64,000 nucleotides of DNA, taken from NCBI GenBank assembly GCA_013333285.2, contig JABCPF020000042.1, positions 12,302 to 76,301 of the forward strand, read 5' to 3'. The notes under the pieces are model-generated. The model searched no databases. It saw only the letters and a program-made list of their open reading frames with translations, and had not been told where the DNA came from. The position numbers and the translations under genes were made by a program. Within the stretch, counting starts at the first letter, position 1; each line of letters starts with the position of its first letter. The stretch is from Prevotella sp. (GTDB taxonomy: Bacteria > Bacteroidota > Bacteroidia > Bacteroidales > Bacteroidaceae). This document shows, in pieces, positions 12,423 to 20,964 of the stretch.

Positions 12423-12457
12423 AAGCCTGTCATTAATTATAAATGGCAGGCTTTTTT
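12423..12457 (+). terminator. Intrinsic terminator after galK
   Basis: AAGCCTGTCATT/AATGGCAGGCTT hairpin followed by a T-run. Confidence 0.8.
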
Positions 12458-12553
12458 AGTATTTCATTCTACAAAATCATTCTTTTATCCAATAGACACT
12501 GGCTGAAACTAAAATTCACACCCCTCTTCGTTGCCTATTCAAAGATAAAAGCG

Positions 12554-12561
12554 TAAATTTG
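12554..12561 (+). promoter_or_regulatory. Bacteroidota -7 promoter element for tkt-rpiB
   Basis: TAAATTTG, about 60 nt before ATG 12621. Confidence 0.6.
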
Positions 12562-12620
12562 CATTACTCAGATAATGAGAACGTTTGAGACTAAAAACAA
12601 AAACTATCTTTTCAATCAAC

Positions 12621-14645
12621 ATGAACAATATTAATGTAATGAACCGTGCGGCTAACAATATTAGAATATTGGCTGCAAGTATGGTAGAGAAAGCAAAGTC
12701 GGGCCACCCAGGAGGAGCTATGGGAGGAGCCGACTTTATTAATGTCCTATTCTCAGAATACTTGGTTTATGACCCCAAAGACCCAACATGGACAGGTAGG
12801 GACAGATTTTTCCTTGACCCAGGACATATGAGTCCGATGCTCTATAGCGTACTTGCGCTGTCAGGCAAGTACAGTATTGAAGATATAAAAACCTTTCGTC
12901 AATGGGGTTCTGAATGCCCTGGGCATCCCGAACTCGATGTTATTCGTGGCGTAGAAAACTCTTCTGGTCCTCTCGGACAAGGCCATGCCATGGCAGCAGG
13001 TGCTGCAATTGCAGAGAAATTCTTAGAAGCACGTCTTGGCAACACGATGATGCAGCATACCGTCTACGCTTATATCTCTGACGGCTCTGTTGAAGAAGGT
13101 ATCTCGCAGGAAGTAGGAAGATTAGCAGGAACATTGGGGTTAAATAACCTCGTTATGTTCTACGATTCCAACGAAATACAACTTTCGACAGAGACAAAAG
13201 TTGTTATGGTTGAAGACACTGCAGCAAAATACAGAGCTTGGAATTGGAATGTCATCGAGATAAATGGAAACGATGTTCAAGAAATTCGTCAAGCATTGAA
13301 TGCTGCTCTCGAAGAAAACGACCGCCCTACCCTTATTATTGGCAAGACCGTTATGGGCAAAGGCGCGCTCAAAGCTGATGGCAGTAGCTACGAACATAGC
13401 ATAAAAACACATGGTGCACCACTTGGTGACGGTGCTTTTACTAATACAATAAAGAATCTTGATGGCGACCCTGAGAATCCGTTTACTATCTTTGACGACG
13501 TTAAAGAACTGTACGAAAATCGCAGAAATGACCTTGTTACGATTGTAGCAAAACGTCGTGCAGAAGAAAAACAATGGGCAGAAAGCAATCCTGATAAAAA
13601 GCTATTGATGGATACTTGGTTTGCTGGTCAAGCTCCAAAAATTGACTGGACGAAAGTAGAACAGAAGAAAAACGATGCTACACGCTCTGCATCTGCTGCC
13701 TGCCTTGCTGAATTAGCCAAACAAGTTCCAAACATGATTTGTGCGTCAGCAGACTTATGTAACTCTGACAAAACAGATGGATTCCTCAAGCAAACCACCG
13801 AATTCAAGAAGGGAGACTTTAGCGGAGCGTTCTTCCAAGCAGGTGTATCAGAGTTGGCTATGTGCGATATTTGTATCGGAATGATGTTGCATGGCGGAAC
13901 CATTGCTGCAATGGGCACCTTCTTTGTCTTCTCAGATTATATGAAACCTGCTATCCGTATGGCTGCACTAATGCGTACTCCTATCAAGATCATATGGACG
14001 CATGATGCTTTCCGCGTGGGCGAAGACGGCGCTACTCATCAGCCTATTGAGCATGAGGCACAAATCCGCCTCATGGAGAAGCTACAAAATCATGAAGGAC
14101 AAGATAGCGTGCGCGTTTTCCGCCCTGCTGATTCTGACGAAACAACAGAATGCTGGAAACTTGCAATGGAAAATACAGAAACACCTACCGCACTTATCCT
14201 TTCGCGCCAGAATATTGACAGTCTTCCCGCAGACAACCAATACGAAATGGCTAATAAGGGCGCTTATATTGTTGCAGGTTCTGATGAGAATCCCGATGTC
14301 ATTTTGGTGGCAAGCGGTTCTGAAGTGTCAACACTTGAGGAAGGAGCCTTATTATTACGAAAAGACAATATCAAAGTGCGCGTTGTAAGTGCACCTTCTG
14401 AAGGGTTGTTCCGTCGCCAATCAATTGAATATCAAAATGCTGTTCTTCCTTACAATGTAAAGAAATTCGGACTTACTGCTGGCCTGCCATGTACCCTCGA
14501 AGGCCTTGTAGGTATTGGCCCACTTAGCAGTATTTACGGTATGCAAAGTTTTGGATTCTCAGCACCTTACAAAGTACTGAATGAAAAACTGGGCTACACA
14601 GCCGAAAATGTTTATTCACAAGTGAAAGAACTTCTAAAGCGTTAA
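12621..14645 (+). CDS. tkt: Transketolase
   Basis: SGHPGGAMG, RDRFFLDPGH, SGPLGQG, THDAFRVGEDGATHQPIEH; start placed at ATG 12621. Confidence 0.96.
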   Translation: MNNINVMNRAANNIRILAASMVEKAKSGHPGGAMGGADFINVLFSEYLVYDPKDPTWTGRDRFFLDPGHMSPMLYSVLALSGKYSIEDIKTFRQWGSECPGHPELDVIRGVENSSGPLGQGHAMAAGAAIAEKFLEARLGNTMMQHTVYAYISDGSVEEGISQEVGRLAGTLGLNNLVMFYDSNEIQLSTETKVVMVEDTAAKYRAWNWNVIEINGNDVQEIRQALNAALEENDRPTLIIGKTVMGKGALKADGSSYEHSIKTHGAPLGDGAFTNTIKNLDGDPENPFTIFDDVKELYENRRNDLVTIVAKRRAEEKQWAESNPDKKLLMDTWFAGQAPKIDWTKVEQKKNDATRSASAACLAELAKQVPNMICASADLCNSDKTDGFLKQTTEFKKGDFSGAFFQAGVSELAMCDICIGMMLHGGTIAAMGTFFVFSDYMKPAIRMAALMRTPIKIIWTHDAFRVGEDGATHQPIEHEAQIRLMEKLQNHEGQDSVRVFRPADSDETTECWKLAMENTETPTALILSRQNIDSLPADNQYEMANKGAYIVAGSDENPDVILVASGSEVSTLEEGALLLRKDNIKVRVVSAPSEGLFRRQSIEYQNAVLPYNVKKFGLTAGLPCTLEGLVGIGPLSSIYGMQSFGFSAPYKVLNEKLGYTAENVYSQVKELLKR

Positions 14646-14655
14646 CTTAAAAATT

Positions 14656-15099
14656 ATGGATATTAAAGTTGTAGGCCTTGCCAGCGACCATGCAGGCTTT
14701 GCTCTGAAAACGTTTGTCAAGCAATATCTTACTGAAAGGAATATTCCTTTTAAAGACTATGGCACAAACAGCGAAGAAAGTTGCAATTATCCCGATTATG
14801 CCCACGCCTTGGCACAAGGAATTGAGAAAGGTGAGGTTTATCCGGGTATTGGAATCTGCGGTTCTGGTGAAGGAATTGCTATAACTTTAAATAAACATCA
14901 GAGCATACGAGCTGGATTAGCATGGGCTCCTGAAATAGCCCATCTTATTCGCCAGCACAACAATGCAAACGTGCTCGTAATGCCTGGGCGTTTTATCAAT
15001 CAAGAGACGGCTAAGAAAATATTAGACGAATTTTTCGAAACAGATTTTGAAGGAGGACGCCATCAAAACAGGATTGATAAAATACCTGTAAAGGAATAA
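14656..15099 (+). CDS. rpiB: Ribose-5-phosphate isomerase B
   Basis: SDHAG, GICGSGEG, RQHNNANVL, FEGGRH. Confidence 0.95.
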   Translation: MDIKVVGLASDHAGFALKTFVKQYLTERNIPFKDYGTNSEESCNYPDYAHALAQGIEKGEVYPGIGICGSGEGIAITLNKHQSIRAGLAWAPEIAHLIRQHNNANVLVMPGRFINQETAKKILDEFFETDFEGGRHQNRIDKIPVKE

Positions 15100-15262
15100 A
15101 AAGCAATTGGCTTAACATATCGTGCTATTTAATAGCATATTACTTGCTATCACAACCTCCTTATAACAAGCGGTTTATGCTGATGGCTTTGTATTGGCGA
15201 CACAAAGTTTGCCACTTTACAGAGCAATTACACGCATACGTTTTTTATTATTAAAAACACAC

Positions 15263-15298
15263 AAGTAAAGGGTAGCCATAGTGGGCTACCCTTTACTT
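15263..15298. terminator. Strong hairpin, probable bidirectional terminator
   Basis: Perfect 15-bp arms AAGTAAAGGGTAGCC/GGCTACCCTTTACTT between convergent rpiB and the lipoprotein gene. Confidence 0.75.
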
Positions 15299-15482
15299 AT
15301 TATCATGGTACTAAGACTATCAAATCTTAGAATATCATCATTACAAATTTGCAAACTCGTTCACAAACAAAGCCCTGCTCCATACATTTATAAAGATAAC
15401 AATACTGACTATAGCCAACACTTGTTTATGCTACGCAAGTATTTAACGTGAATTCGACGAATTCACGTTAAAATGGATGATT

Positions 15483-15995
15483 TCATTGTTTATATTTATC
15501 AATATTCTTTGTCCACGGCAATGCTTTCCCATTAGAAAAAGATTGCCAAATATTATTTACATCAAATGTTTTAAGATTAGATAATCGACAATCTGATGCA
15601 AATAAAAGAAAGTCTTTTTGTGTCTTAAAGCCATAAATCCTATTCTCATTAGCATTAATAATAAACCATGCTTCTTTGACTGGCTGTCCGGAAACTATCG
15701 GTTCTCCTTTACAATATAATAATATATACGGAGGATATACGCCCACTCTCTTAACATCGCTCGGTCCCTGTATATTTTGAATAGTTGTCGGAGGAATTTT
15801 TGTATCTACAATCCACTGGACATTATCGGTGCACGTTACTTCGAAAGGTTTAATTAGAGGTATCCTCATGTAATCCCAACCTGAAGTCCTTGTATAAAAA
15901 TCCTCTTTGCTATCTTTTCTGTTATTTGTATTTGTACAACAACAAAAGAGTACAAAGGAGAGATACATTATTAATTTCATTTTTTTATTTGCCAT
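15483..15995 (-). CDS. Hypothetical lipoprotein (cargo of the IS982-derived element)
   Basis: 170-aa ORF; basic N-terminus, hydrophobic stretch and Cys (LSFVLFCCC); AT-rich; no family recognised. Confidence 0.75.
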   Translation of the reverse strand: MANKKMKLIMYLSFVLFCCCTNTNNRKDSKEDFYTRTSGWDYMRIPLIKPFEVTCTDNVQWIVDTKIPPTTIQNIQGPSDVKRVGVYPPYILLYCKGEPIVSGQPVKEAWFIINANENRIYGFKTQKDFLLFASDCRLSNLKTFDVNNIWQSFSNGKALPWTKNIDKYKQ

Positions 15996-16008
15996 TTTGC
16001 TTCTATTG

Positions 16009-16089
16009 TTATTTTGTCATTGCATCAAAAAACTTGCAGAAGTCATCTGCCATACAAAATATTTCAGTAACTTTGTTTTCAATGATCAT
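16009..16089 (-). pseudogene. IS982-family transposase N-terminal stub (26 aa)
   Basis: Reads MIIENKVTEIFCMADDFCKFFDAMTK-stop, matching the recalled Bacteroidales IS982 transposase N-terminus (KVTEIFCMADDFCKFFD); lies about 100 nt inside the terminal repeat; too short for the ORF track. Confidence 0.8.
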
Positions 16090-16127
16090 GGCGATCTTTG
16101 TTTGTAATTATTTGAATGTTAACACCT

Positions 16128-16159
16128 TAAAGTTACAACAAATTTCGCTAATCACCAAA
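16128..16159 (-). promoter_or_regulatory. Element-internal promoter facing the transposase stub and cargo gene
   Basis: Minus strand TTTG (16159-16156), 20-nt spacer, TAACTTTA (16135-16128); one mismatch to TAnnTTTG. Confidence 0.55.
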
Positions 16160-16328
16160 TTTATAGACTCTTATAATTCATCGAACTCACGTTATTTATA
16201 TCATAGCAAATTCACATATAGTTTTGATTGCTAAATTTATAGACCCAAAAAGAAAATCAACTCCGAATTACACATCAAAAACTATCTAAATTTTGATAGT
16301 AAAAACCCCTTATGACAACCTGTTTTTG

Positions 16329-16428
16329 CCATTACATCATAATCGGGTTACGATTACGTCGAAAACAGCGAACGTTTACGACGTAAACGCGTTGCGTTTA
16401 CATCGTAATCGGATTGCGATTACATAGC
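16329..16428. repeat. Tandem array of 22-bp degenerate palindromic units
   Basis: Units start at 16329, 16351, 16373, 16395, 16417; consensus CGWTTACRWCGTAAWCG plus 5 nt; unit 3 contains the perfect palindrome CGTTTACG-A-CGTAAACG. Confidence 0.8.
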
Positions 16429-16723
16429 TTTTCGCACAAGATTTTACAAGCATTGTACACGCTGATAATCAACTTATTACAAATATTATGATACCATTAC
16501 GGTAGAATCGTTTTCTCTTTAGCCCGTAAACGTCTTTATCACAATATTCACCGCTTACAAAATTATCATAAGCAGAAACAAATACAAAGATATCTCACCT
16601 CCAAAATATGATATACAACTGCAATATATTAATAAATTATAAGCATTAAAAGCTTGCCGTATAACATCTATTATTTAAATACAAAAAAATATAAAACAGA
16701 GTTTATTTCTTAGACTATTATCA

Positions 16724-16731
16724 TATATTTG
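16724..16731 (+). promoter_or_regulatory. Bacteroidota -7 element upstream of the malolactic enzyme gene
   Basis: TATATTTG about 220 nt before ATG 16955; region is AT-rich, so a chance match is possible. Confidence 0.4.
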
Positions 16732-16954
16732 CCATATAAAATTGCTGATTAATTTATTTTTCAGGGCAAAGCTTAATGAGGTGAGTTTACTCATAATTTA
16801 AAGCTTAGAACATATTGCTTGTTAACACGTCATTTAAAATCGTATAATATAAAACATTGCTATAACTGAAAGATGTTATAAGCATACTTACAGACAACTT
16901 AATATTAAAATATAGCACAGAATATTCTGTAGCCATTAATAAACTTGAATAGGC

Positions 16955-18577
16955 ATGAACACACCCAAAGACATTCTCAACAATCCCTTTATTAACAAAG
17001 GAACAGCCTTTAGTTTGGCCGAACGCGAACAACTAAACATTGTCGGCTTGTTACCCCCTATTGTACAAACGCTTGAGGAGCAAATTGAAAGAACTTATTT
17101 GCAATATCAGAAAAAAGTAAACGATTTGGAGAAACGCGTTTATTTAATGACCCTTTTCAACACCAATCGCACACTATTTTATGCTTTGATGGCTCTGCAT
17201 GTAGAAGAGTTTATGCCGATAGTTTATGACCCTACTGTTGCCGATGCTATTCGCCAATATGACGAGTTGTTTATGAAGCCACAAGATGCAGCTTTCCTAT
17301 CTATTGACCATTCAGAGGACATGGAGAAAGCACTGCTTAATGCTTCAAAAGGTAAAAACGTAAAACTAATTGTGGTAACCGATGCCGAAGCCATTTTAGG
17401 TATTGGCGACTGGGGTGTAAACGGCGTAGCAATAGCTATTGGTAAGTTAATGGTTTATACTGCTGCCGCAGGTGTTAATCCGAATGAAGTATTACCACTT
17501 GTGCTCGATGTTGGAACGGATAACAAACAATTGCTTGATAATCCGCTATACTTAGGCAATAGACATGCACGTGTACGTGGAGAGAAATATTACAATTTCA
17601 TTGATAAATTTGTAAATACTGCTGAAAAGCTTTTCCCAAATCTTTATCTCCATTGGGAAGACTTTGGACGTCCTAATGCCGCTGCAATTCTCGAGCGATA
17701 TCAAGATAAAATTACTACTTTCAACGATGACATTCAAGGAACTGGCATTGTTGCACTTGCAGGTATTTTGGGAGCGTTAAACATTTCGAAGGAAAAGTAT
17801 ATCGAACAGCGCGTAATGATATTTGGAGCAGGCACTGCAGGTGCAGGGATTGCACACCAAATATATGAAGAATTCATACAACAAGGTCTGACGTCTGACG
17901 AGGCAAAACAACATATTTATTTAGTAGACAAACAAGGATTGCTTACTGATAACATGCCCGATTTAACTGAAGGACAGCAGTTTTTCGCCCGTCGGTCATG
18001 CGAATTAAACCAACCTCTTCCAACCTTACAAGATGCGGTTACTGCCCTACACCCCACTGTGCTGATAGGAACCTCAACACGTGCAGGAGCTTTCACAGAA
18101 GAAATTGTTAGAGAAATGGCTGCCCACACCAAACGTCCTATTATTTTCCCACTTTCGAATCCTACAGAATTAGCTGAAGCAACTGCAGCCGACTTAATAG
18201 AATGGACTGAAGGCCGTGCCCTCATTGCTACAGGAATACCAAGTAAACCCGTTAACTACAAAGGTGTAATCTATACCATTGGACAAGCTAATAATGCCTT
18301 GATGTACCCAGGACTTGGACTTGGTATAATGGCCTCTACTGCACGTTTTGTCAATCAAGCCTTACTTTCGGCTGCAGCACACGCCTTAGGAGGTATTGTA
18401 GATACAACACAACCTGGAGCTGCCGTGCTACCACCCGTAAGTAAAATTACATCATTCTCGCAGCACTTAGCAGAAGTAGTAGCACAGCATGCTATTGATC
18501 ATCAAAATACGAAAGAGCCTATTACTGATGCTAAAGAAGCTGTTGAGCGCATAAAATGGTATCCAAAATATCAATAA
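16955..18577 (+). CDS. mleS: Malolactic enzyme (NAD-dependent malic enzyme family)
   Basis: 540 aa; [69 protein letters not shown] end; closely follows lactic-acid-bacterial MleS as recalled. Confidence 0.8.
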   Translation: MNTPKDILNNPFINKGTAFSLAEREQLNIVGLLPPIVQTLEEQIERTYLQYQKKVNDLEKRVYLMTLFNTNRTLFYALMALHVEEFMPIVYDPTVADAIRQYDELFMKPQDAAFLSIDHSEDMEKALLNASKGKNVKLIVVTDAEAILGIGDWGVNGVAIAIGKLMVYTAAAGVNPNEVLPLVLDVGTDNKQLLDNPLYLGNRHARVRGEKYYNFIDKFVNTAEKLFPNLYLHWEDFGRPNAAAILERYQDKITTFNDDIQGTGIVALAGILGALNISKEKYIEQRVMIFGAGTAGAGIAHQIYEEFIQQGLTSDEAKQHIYLVDKQGLLTDNMPDLTEGQQFFARRSCELNQPLPTLQDAVTALHPTVLIGTSTRAGAFTEEIVREMAAHTKRPIIFPLSNPTELAEATAADLIEWTEGRALIATGIPSKPVNYKGVIYTIGQANNALMYPGLGLGIMASTARFVNQALLSAAAHALGGIVDTTQPGAAVLPPVSKITSFSQHLAEVVAQHAIDHQNTKEPITDAKEAVERIKWYPKYQ

Positions 18578-18613
18578 AACATATAGCAAACGGCTAATAA
18601 TAAATAGCATATA

Positions 18614-18658
18614 AAAGAGCAATATCTAAAGCTAATAAAGCTTTAGATATTGCTCTTT
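18614..18658. terminator. Long hairpin after mleS, probable bidirectional terminator
   Basis: Perfect 20-bp arms AAAGAGCAATATCTAAAGCT/AGCTTTAGATATTGCTCTTT. Confidence 0.75.
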
Positions 18659-18852
18659 ACGATAGGTAACTATAGAAGACTAACTAAATTGAAAGTTAAT
18701 TACAATATCAATTCAAAGAATAATTTGAATTAATACTATGAAAAAGTTACCAAAAATAAACGTTTGATACTATACTTTTATCAAACAACTATTGTTGAAA
18801 ATAAAAATTGACTTAGAAATGTGCATGGGCAAAATAGAGGGGCGTCGCTGAT

Positions 18853-19494
18853 TTAGCAAAAAATTTCCTCTGGTTTGCTCACTAATGTAGTGGCACCGTG
18901 TTCGAGAAGAAAATCGCGACTACGAAATCCCCACAACACGCTGATACACGGCATACCACAGTTACGCGCCGTTTCAATATCCACATCGCTATCACCAATA
19001 TACACAGCCGTTTCGCGCGGCATTCCTAATTGTCGCAGGGCCTCAACAACGGTATCGGGCGCGGGCTTCTTTTTGATATTCTCGCGCTCGCCTATAGCAA
19101 CAGGAATTGTATCGCCAAAGAAATGACGCACCAAAGCTTGCGTAGCATCGTAAAATTTATTGCTCACTACCGCCACACGCTTTCCATGCGCTGTAAGACG
19201 TTGAATAAGTTCGGGAATACCAGGGTAAGGCGCTGTTGTATCAAGATTATGGAGAAGATAATGCTGGCGGAACATATCGTAAACCTCGTTAAAATGGGTG
19301 TTATTCAGACCGTCGGGTATGGCACGTTCAATAAGCTTTTTAACACCATTACCTACAAATTGGCGAACCTCATCAAGGCTTCGTTCAGGCATTCCATAGC
19401 TTCGCAGAGCATAGTTGCAACTCAATGCCAAATCGTCTAAAGAACTAATAAGTGTTCCATCTAAATCAAAAATATAACTTTCGTAATCTTTCAT
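18853..19494 (-). CDS. HAD-family hydrolase, phosphoglycolate phosphatase-like
   Basis: Start placed at MKDYESYIFDLDGTL (19494); VVSNK, KKPAPD, YIGDSDVD. Confidence 0.9.
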   Translation of the reverse strand: MKDYESYIFDLDGTLISSLDDLALSCNYALRSYGMPERSLDEVRQFVGNGVKKLIERAIPDGLNNTHFNEVYDMFRQHYLLHNLDTTAPYPGIPELIQRLTAHGKRVAVVSNKFYDATQALVRHFFGDTIPVAIGERENIKKKPAPDTVVEALRQLGMPRETAVYIGDSDVDIETARNCGMPCISVLWGFRSRDFLLEHGATTLVSKPEEIFC

Positions 19495-19533
19495 ACAATC
19501 GACCTCTAAATAATATGCTCTATTTTTCGAATG

Positions 19534-19541
19534 CAAAGTTA
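19534..19541 (-). promoter_or_regulatory. -7 promoter element for the HAD gene
   Basis: TAACTTTG on the minus strand, about 40 nt before the start. Confidence 0.65.
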
Positions 19542-19581
19542 CGGCTTTATTAGCCAAACTATAAAAGATAAAGACAAAAGT

Positions 19582-19612
19582 TTTGTGATATCGGCCTTTT
19601 AGTGTAACTTTG
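19582..19612 (+). promoter_or_regulatory. Bacteroidota -33/-7 promoter for mltG
   Basis: TTTG-N19-TAACTTTG. Confidence 0.75.
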
Positions 19613-19639
19613 CACCGTTTTTTAAACGATACCATTGAA

Positions 19640-20686
19640 ATGAGAAAAGGATTTAAGAAAGGTTATTTGGTACTTGCCATTGCCTGCTTGCATGTTTTAT
19701 TTGGAATAGGATACTATTATTTCTTTACGGCTTTTTCATGCAAGAAATCAACCACATATCTTTATGTTGACAACGACGACAATTATGATTCGTTGATAAC
19801 CAAGCTGAAGCCTGTTGCGAACAAACATGCTTTTCATGCTTTTAGCATACTCAGTAGACATAGCGATTTGACAAAGAAAGTGCGCATTGGACGTTATGCT
19901 ATTGAGCCTTCGACCAGTACTTTTACCATTTTTAGGCATATCAAAAGCGGTATGCAGACACCCGTTAGCCTTACCGTTCCAAGTGTTCGTACAATGGAAG
20001 ATATGGCTGGTGCGCTTAGTAAGAAACTCCTTCTTGATAGTGCAACCATTGCAAATGCTTTAAAAGACGAGGCTGTCTGCAAAAAATACGGTTACGATAC
20101 AACTACTATTGCTGCGCTCTTTATTCCGAACACCTATGATGTTTATTGGAATATTAGCTTAGATGGCTTGTTGGAACGCCTAAAAAAAGAGAACCAAAAC
20201 TTTTGGAATGACGAGCGTATGAGTAAAGCTACAAGCTTAAAACTCACGCCCAACGAAGTGGTTACCATAGCAAGTATCGTTGACGAAGAAACTGCAAATA
20301 ACGCCGAAAAGCCAATGATTGCAGGCATGTACTACAATCGTTTAATGTTGCGTAACAGCGAGTATCCGAAAGGAATGCCGCTACAAGCTGACCCAACCAT
20401 TAAGTTTGCATGGAAGAATTTTGCGCTTAAACGCATTTACAATAGTTTGCTTCGCATCGATAGCCCGTACAATACGTATGTAAATCCAGGGCTTACTCCA
20501 GGGCCAATTCGTGTTGCTTCTATAGCTGGTATTGATGCGGTTCTGAACATGAAAAAACACAATTATTTGTATATGTGTGCCAAAGAAGACTTTAGTGGTA
20601 CACACAACTTTGCAGCAACCTATGCTGAACACATAGCAAATGCAAAACGATACTCTGCTGCACTGAACGAAAGAGGAATAAAATAA
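19640..20686 (+). CDS. mltG: Endolytic transglycosylase MltG
   Basis: N-terminal transmembrane helix; LFIPNTY, IASIVDEET, MPLQADPT, SPYNTY, GLTPGPI; start placed at ATG 19640. Confidence 0.93.
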   Translation: MRKGFKKGYLVLAIACLHVLFGIGYYYFFTAFSCKKSTTYLYVDNDDNYDSLITKLKPVANKHAFHAFSILSRHSDLTKKVRIGRYAIEPSTSTFTIFRHIKSGMQTPVSLTVPSVRTMEDMAGALSKKLLLDSATIANALKDEAVCKKYGYDTTTIAALFIPNTYDVYWNISLDGLLERLKKENQNFWNDERMSKATSLKLTPNEVVTIASIVDEETANNAEKPMIAGMYYNRLMLRNSEYPKGMPLQADPTIKFAWKNFALKRIYNSLLRIDSPYNTYVNPGLTPGPIRVASIAGIDAVLNMKKHNYLYMCAKEDFSGTHNFAATYAEHIANAKRYSAALNERGIK

Positions 20687-20741
20687 GTTAAATTTAAAGC
20701 TATTATCCCTCTGCCATAATAGAAAGATTTACAATATAATA

Positions 20742-20832
20742 CAAAAGAAAATGGCACTTGCTTCACAGTAAGTGCCATTCTACTCAATAGGTATTAGTCC
20801 TTTTAAGGTAAAAGATTGTATTCAGGATAACG
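20742..20832 (-). ncRNA. Candidate ~90-nt small RNA
   Basis: Canonical minus-strand promoter (20868-20837), no ATG-initiated ORF before the terminator stem, terminator AATGGCACTT/AAGTGCCATT (20779-20750) followed by TTCTTTT. Confidence 0.65.
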
Positions 20833-20836
20833 ATAG

Positions 20837-20868
20837 CAAAGGTAACGAAATTTTATTTTTTATGCAAA
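20837..20868 (-). promoter_or_regulatory. Bacteroidota -33/-7 promoter of the sRNA candidate
   Basis: TTTG (20868-20865)-N20-TACCTTTG (20844-20837). Confidence 0.7.
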
Positions 20869-20930
20869 TCTTTTTGCAACTTTTTTTAAGAAAAAATTAT
20901 CAGCAGCAAGCAATATTAGTATAAAATGCG

Positions 20931-20938
20931 TAACTTTG
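20931..20938 (+). promoter_or_regulatory. -7 promoter element for glnS
   Basis: TAACTTTG, 26 nt before the ATG. Confidence 0.7.
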
Positions 20939-20964
20939 CGTATACTTTAAAACAAACGTAAAAC

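Larger units (their letters stand above)
15446..16192 (-). mobile_element. Non-autonomous IS982-derived element carrying a lipoprotein gene
   Basis: Terminal inverted repeats ACGTGAATTCGACGAATT (15446-15463) and ACGTGAGTTCGATGAATT (minus strand, 16192-16175), 16/18 identical; TATTTA directly repeated at 15440-15445 and 16193-16198; internal transposase stub. Confidence 0.8.

Noticed and set aside
15890..16234. Plus-strand 114-aa and 66-aa ORFs
   Set aside because: They are antisense to the lipoprotein start and the IS982 stub, which explain the sequence better.
16157..16244. 12-bp direct repeat AAATTTATAGAC at 16157 and 16233
   Set aside because: AT-rich and straddles the element end; not positioned as a target duplication; no interpretation I can support.
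16819..16848. TTGTTA-N18-TATAAT, a possible relic Bacillota promoter before mleS
   Set aside because: Weak -35 in very AT-rich DNA; likely by chance.
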